DNA of 64,000 nt, from the NCBI GenBank assembly GCA_010093815.1, contig ML996571.1; one strand, given 5' to 3'. The translations under genes and the position numbers were made by a program. Numbering within the stretch: the stretch's first letter is position 1; every line of letters starts with the position of its first letter. The notes below the pieces were generated by a model that worked only from the letters and a program-made list of their open reading frames with translations, did no database searches and was not told the DNA's origin. Below, piece by piece: positions 57,533 to 64,000 of the stretch. The DNA comes from Pseudovirgaria hyperparasitica (lineage: Eukaryota).

Positions 57533-59887
57533 ATGCCGGACTTTACAGATAATCTCAAGCCTCTATATGATGGTGCAGCAATCTTGGAACACGAGCGCAG
57601 CCGATCCTTAGTGAACATCGACGAGCTCTCGAGACATCTACTATCCCGCAATGGCTTTCTCGAACGCCAAGCTCGAGTCTTAGCAATTATCGAAAGGGAA
57701 CAGCTGTTTTCAAAGAAGCAGCAATTGAACCTTTCGAGACCTGTAAGTTAGGAGCCTTGGGAAATGACATGCTGCATGTCTAGCCACTCAAACTCGCAGG
57801 AACGCTATCATCTCGGCCTTGCCCGGGCAAAAGCACTTCGTCGTCTCACCAGGAAGCATGGCTGGGACTTCGAAGACTATCGTATGGCAGAGTATCTCAC
57901 CGACGAGATGTCACCGTATTTTCTGCACATGAGCATGTTTGCGACGACCGTTCGTGAGCAAGCCTCTGACGACCAGAAGCGGTACTGGATGCCCAAAATC
58001 GAGGCTTGGGAGATGATCGGGGCTTATGCACAGACAGAGTTAGGTCATGGAAGCAATGTAAGGGGGTTGGAGACTACCGCTACGTATGATGTGGTAAAGA
58101 AGGAATTTGTTATTCATAGTCCAACTTTGACGGCTTCGAAGGTATGATCACAGTGACGACTAGCGGTAGCATGAGCTGATTGATCTAGTGGTGGAATGGC
58201 AGTATGGGAAGGACAGCCACGCATGCGGTAAGTCTTCAAGGGCAGGAGGCTAAGTACTTAGGCTGATTCACCTTCAGATAGTAGTAGCTCAGCTCATGCT
58301 CCCGAAGAAAGGCCATATAAGTCAATTTGAGTCTTACGGTCCGCATCCATTCATCGTTCGTATTCGTCAGGAAGGCACACACCTTCCACCAGACGGCATC
58401 GTCGTTGGCGATATCGGGGCCAAGTACGGCTATACGTCCATGGACAATGGATATATGCTATTCAACAACTACCGTGTTTCCCACTCCGCAATGCTCGCCC
58501 GATACTCCAAAGTAGATCAGGACACGGGTACCTTCTCTAGGACGGGTAATCCGGCTGTCGTCTATGGTTCACTGACGAATGTACGTGCCAATATCATCAT
58601 GCACGCCAGATTGATCCTCGCTCGGGCGGTCACCATTGCTGTAAGATATACGTCCGTTCGAAGACAGTTCAGAGACCGAGACTCCAAGTCGACCACTGAG
58701 CCTGAGACAGCAGTCCTTGACTATCCTACTGTACAAATACGTCTTTTACCATTGTTGGCAACGGCTTTTGCGTTGCATTACACTGGCGACTCAATGTATA
58801 ACCTGTACAATCAAACGAGAAGTGGGATTGAAAAGGGAGACTTCACAGAGCTTGCAGAGCTCCATAGTACCTCATCGGGGCTGAAGGCCCTGTGTACAAC
58901 GTATGCCGCTGATGGCATCGGTAAGCCATCCCAGGGGGCCCATGTATCACATACTAATGAGTACCAGAAACGTGTCGAAGAGCTATGGGTGGCCACGGGT
59001 TTGGTGGAGGAAGTGGCTTAATCAATATTAATAACGAGTAAGTCATCTTCAAAATAAGGTAAGCTTAGGACTCACTTTAGATAGTTACTTATCTAAGCCA
59101 ACCGTCGAAGGGGATAACTGGATGATAACCCAACAAATGTCGAGTCACTTGATCAAAAAAATGACGGCTGCTGTCAAGAGACCAAACGCCGAACCTGTTG
59201 ACGCCACAGACGAGCTCTTCAAACGCTATCTACAGCAGCAAAAAGCGCGTAAACCCGCCGACGCCGTACACTGGATGTCTATCGATGACAACGCAATTGT
59301 CGACGCGTTCCAATGGAGAGCGGCAGATCTCGTATGTACCTTTCAATTCTATCATGCCAAACTAACAATACCAGACATACCGTGCATACCAGGATCGCGT
59401 AGAGAGAAAGAAGCCCTGGAACTCCCTCCTCATCCAACTCCACAAACTTAGCAAAGCCTTTTCCGAATCCATCGTTGTAACAAATTTCCATGCTTCCCTC
59501 AGGTCAAATAATATTCCTTCCGAAACCTCAACAGTGATACGCGATCTCTACCGCTTGTACGCGCTCCACACCATGGACACCGATGCACGATCCTTCGCAA
59601 CAACCACCGCCGCAACTGATTCCACGCTGGACGCTCTTTCAGACGCAATCCTCAAATTGATGACGAGTATTAGGCCTCATGCGGTCAAACTGGTGGATAG
59701 TTGGATGATGCCTGACTACCTGCTAGATAGTGCGCTGGGAAGGTATGACGGGAAGGTGTACGAGGCGTTGTATGACATGGCACATAGACAGAATCCGTTG
59801 AATCGGACTGTATTTAATTGGGACTGGAGGAGTGAAGAGATCGTGCTGGGAAGTGGGGATGGGGGAAAGCTAGAGTCAAAGCTTTGA
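57533..59887 (+). CDS. Peroxisomal acyl-CoA oxidase (multi-exon)
   Basis: GAYAQTELGHGSNVRGLETTA, HSPTLTASK|WWNG, GDIGAKYG..MDNG, VTIAVRY..VRRQF, CRRAMGGHG, PTVEGDN, SALGRYDG; C-terminal PTS1 -SKL. Confidence 0.94.
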
Positions 59888-62800
59888 GGTCCAAAGAAGA
59901 TTGTAATGTGTAGTGTAAAGTTAGATAGGTCATTGCTACCGTGCTATTGAATGTAACAGGATAAGCGAAATCTCGTTGGCGATATGACAAAGGCTGAGTA
60001 TGTTACAGTCATCAAACAGAAGGTTGCGTTTAATTTCACAGGCACCAGCAACGTACAGACCATGTGTGGATATAGCCCTGCTGTGACCTGTATATAGCAT
60101 GTACGTAATATCGCCTTACTTCTTCGAGACGCTGTACGGCCGATAAAGTGACCATGGAGGTGACTTTGTTTGCCGCTGATAGCCCATTGTCATCTTGACC
60201 CTCTAGTGGCTGGCTCTTTTGCCAGCAAGTCTGCTAAAGACGGATCGATTGCCACAGCACCTTTGGCTACTAATGGACGACCATGACCTATCTCTTAACA
60301 AATCATGAGCTCTTGGAGACGTGATATGCGAGTGGCAGCCAGCTTTACTGTCTCACAAGCAAGACGATTATCTCTAGTATGGGTTGATGGAGGCTCTGAA
60401 TATACGTCTGGAGCAACTAGTATCATGCTCAGCGTTCTATAACCATAGAAAGCTTCACAATCGACAAGCCTTGTAGACATTTTCAAAGACTCTGGGGTAT
60501 TGATCATGCACTAGCAACACAATACGTCGTGAAGGTAGTGAGTGCTCTGCAATTTGGTACACATCCTGTCGCGCATAAATGCACAACAAAAACGCATTCA
60601 TCCCAGCCTCGACACGCCTCAGCTTCGCATGAAATATAGTAACATACTATCGCAAAGCTATTTGCACACTTTCAGGCCACATGGGCCTTTTCTTCGGGTC
60701 ACAGGGCTCAAGCTGGGGCCCTGGGCCGAGAAAGACTCACTCGAACAAAGAACAGTCAAATCACAACGCTCTGTCTTGGAATCTGCTCTCCATATCAGAA
60801 TCCACACTCTTCTGTATCATGATAACTTCCAGAGACTCCAGCCACTAGCCTCTCAACGTACTTACACAAGCCATCGTAAGCATCTAGTTCGCTGCCTCTT
60901 ATCAGCCATTTGTATATTCATGCTGTGTATTCATTCAAAATGTGCGAGAGCCTGGAGTATGCTTATGTGATTCGCGTCGCGTCTGATGCGCATGGTATGT
61001 TAGACCACGAGCCCTTGGTCGGTCCACCCTGTCGAAGAAGAGCCTTGCGAAGGAGTGTGCGAGACTGCATCCGCTGGATACTACCATGTCTCTTGCTCTC
61101 TCATTCTTGTTTATCTATTCTCTCCTGACAAAACGCACTTCTTGGACCACTCGATTGTAGTAAAGACGTACTAACGGCTGTCAGTGAGAATTTACTGCAA
61201 AGCTCTTAAACCATATTCATTTCCCTCCAGTCGTCCTTGCACCCTCAGGGGCTGCACCGTTATTACAGATACTTTTGGGATCGTTGTCCATGACGGTAGC
61301 AGTTATCCCTCGCAGCATAGATTCAATGGTTTGAGATGTGTATCTGCCCGAGCGAGGCCATACGAGGCATGCACGGCTGAACGTTCACACGTTCGAGTAC
61401 GGGATATCCAATGTTCTAGCTTGTAATTCTGCTGTCTTTATCTTCACTCTGAACTTATATTCAATCCCTGTGGGCGCCATGCGCGCTCTTGTCTCGCCTG
61501 CCTATTTTTTCTCTTGGTCAGCTCTCTTTCCCCTCCCCTTTATCGTATCTCGTATCCATTCGTTCTATGGATCGCCTTACAGCCCTAGTCGGTTCCGTGT
61601 CTCTTCTTTCGTGAAGATCTTACTCAAACACAACTTCAAATTCATCTTAGAGGCGCGCAATCGCTGGTGTCGCGAGTCTTGCATGATGCCGTGTACCTCG
61701 ACGGGTTGACTGTCTTCCTAATGGACCGCGTAGCGGATGTATAACTTCTAGGACGTGTACGGAGGAAGGTACATGAGATGTACAGAGGAAGGTATAGTGC
61801 TTGTTCGCTAGTATAAGGTAGGTCTTGGAGGCAGAGGTTGAGCTGGGGCACTGAGAACAATGGCTATTTGACTGGGCTTGGTACGGTTGTAGCTGATGTC
61901 TGGCAAGCGCGTTTGCAGAAGGCTCGTTGTTCGGTATATCTATTAGTTGGCTTCGCGTAGAACTAAATACATCTAGAACTGTTATTCCTTCTCTTTCTTT
62001 GCCTGCGCCACTGCGCGCGCCACTTGCTTATCTCTTACACTATGTGACAGTCCCTGTATAGACCTTTCTTGCTGTGGAGAACTTCGTTGGCGAGTGGAAC
62101 CAGTTTGTGATCTTCCATATTTTAGACTCTGATACTCCTCATACTACTCCTGTTGTTAAGACTATGTTGATAGGATATCTTTCTCTTGCGCTTGATAGCC
62201 AGCTCTTTCTTTTACTTGTCTCGCCAGTGGGAGGCCAGTCCCCGCGAAGGCCAGATGCTTGTGACGAGCATTGAGTATGCAGGAACGATGGCTGAGACTC
62301 TGCTACATCTCTTGAATCAAGTGCCCTTGCCGTCTGAAGAGTTTGTCTCTCTCTCGAGGCTCTCAACTGTGCATTCTCCTTGTGCGTTGGTATTATGATT
62401 CTATTGCACCAGTCTGGACCTATTGAGCCTTTTTTTTCTTTTCACACACGGCTATTATCTCTTACCTCTCTATTTTTGTGTCCGTAAGGTAGTGTATTCC
62501 TTTTGGAAATTCGGTGACGACGACCAGAAAGACGATGAGCTGGAGTTCTTCGCCTGGTAGGAGGAGAGGGTATTTGTAGGACTAGGAGAGTAAGGACTGA
62601 TAATTGAATTTACTGCGTACAATTGCTGTAATTGCAGTTAGGCATTCTTTGTGGTGAGATTGCAGTCCGGACTCTGCTGCTGTTCCCCTTGTCCAGTACT
62701 TTGACACAAATCGCAAGTCTTGGCAAAAACAGGAGTTTGCCCAGTCACGCAAAACATTCCCACACCCGTTTTCTCAAGAAACTGGGCATTAGTTTGGTCC

Positions 62801-64000
62801 CAGATACCGCATCATACCAAAAGGCTTATATACGACCGTCTAGCTACGTGGTATACTAAGCAGATATACCAGCAACTACACCCAGCTATGATGGCAACCT
62901 ACGTCAAACCCGCTCTCTAGAATCTCTGGTATTCCCTAATTTTTCTCGTACAGATACATACAACATAGATTCCAGGAGCACACCAAGAAAAACTTATCTC
63001 AATGTAGACATACGCTTTCACTGGATGTCTGAGACTCCAGCCATTCGCACATTCTACGTCCAACGCAATAATGAACCTATCTAAGGTCCAAGTAGATTGA
63101 TTCATGATTTAGATTCTGCGCGTTACCGTCTCTGAGTGCAAGCTTTGCTCAACCTACGGCCTGTTCTCCGGCAACCGTTAGAGGAGGTAGTATGATTGTC
63201 TACTAATATTTAGAACTCTTATGGCCACTTGGAGCTATCCTGGTCTCAATGAGATAAGTGCCTTCTATCAATCTACTGGGTCTGCGTTCTGACTGAGTCA
63301 CAGGATTCCAGCCCTATAGTGTACTTCAATTGCGTCTCGATGACCACTGCCGCCCATCTACCTTCCTTCCAGGGCGAACGAATACAAATATCCAGCACAA
63401 TCAAGATAAATATACAAAGAAGTGGAAGACATGATATCTGACATCGACCGCCCTTCACAGAACTCTGCCGCCACAAGAACAGGGGATAGTAAAGTGTCAA
63501 ATGAGGGCAAGCACTGAAAGCTAAATCGCTGGAGGCCTTTGTCAAGATACATTACGATATTAGCTGCTAGATAATCAATGGCGGTTTTGGGCAGCAGTGT
63601 ATAACACATACTCAGATAATAGGTACTACGGTTCGGGTTGGAATCAGTCTATATTCTCGTACCTTGCATAGAATATCGCAATAGAAGTTCAAGGGTTGAG
63701 TCTCGTGTCTTGTGTCTCGTTCAGTTCATACATGGCTGCAGTGAGCTTTATGATTCATTTAACACACCAATGGTAACAATGTCGTATTTTGATGGTTTTG
63801 GTATTTGAGAATGGGTAGCACTTCGTCGGGACTGCCTTGCCTCTATAGAGGGCTATATTGAAAGTAATACTCACTAGTCGTGAGTTCTATACCTCTTCCA
63901 TCTTTCTCAAGTGAGAGTGGTTCTGTCTGAATGAGCGGTTGTCTCTTGTCAAGGAAGGCAGTCTTGGAAGAGTTCTACCTAGCTCAGTGCCCTGTCTGTT

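Noticed and set aside
22737..59887. Oxygenase, ALDH, methyltransferase, SDR and acyl-CoA oxidase as a biosynthetic cluster
   Set aside because: No PKS, NRPS or terpene backbone gene or cluster regulator; the genes are dispersed among housekeeping loci.
1..64000. tRNA/rRNA genes, Starship captain, LTR retroelements
   Set aside because: No cloverleaf-compatible T-loop context, tyrosine-recombinase gene or RT/integrase motifs were recognised by eye.

Overview
Fungal (Pezizomycotina-type, inferred from gene content and short GT-AG introns with CTRAC branch sites) genomic window with about 23 protein-coding genes. Conserved genes: Sln1-type hybrid histidine kinase, TM9/EMP70 protein, 2OG-Fe(II) oxygenase, aldehyde dehydrogenase, FRG1, PP4 regulatory subunit, Clr2, Sym1/Mpv17, mitochondrial ThrRS, Hpm1, an SDR and a peroxisomal acyl-CoA oxidase. 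Surface or interaction genes: a class II hydrophobin, two GPI-type Ser/Thr-rich proteins, a small Cys-rich secreted protein and an FB_lectin. The most unusual element is largely missed by the ORF track: a ~3.5 kb RIP-mutated DNA transposon (12000-15511). It carries a DD34E Tc1/IS630-type transposase plus a second, convergent, frameshift-free ~598-codon gene. It is bounded by 116-bp inverted repeats whose outer 70 bp are identical and unmutated; removing the element at an internal TA would leave a perfect 142-bp palindrome. No tRNA, rRNA, CRISPR array or secondary-metabolite backbone gene was seen. All exon boundaries were read by eye, and no database search was run.
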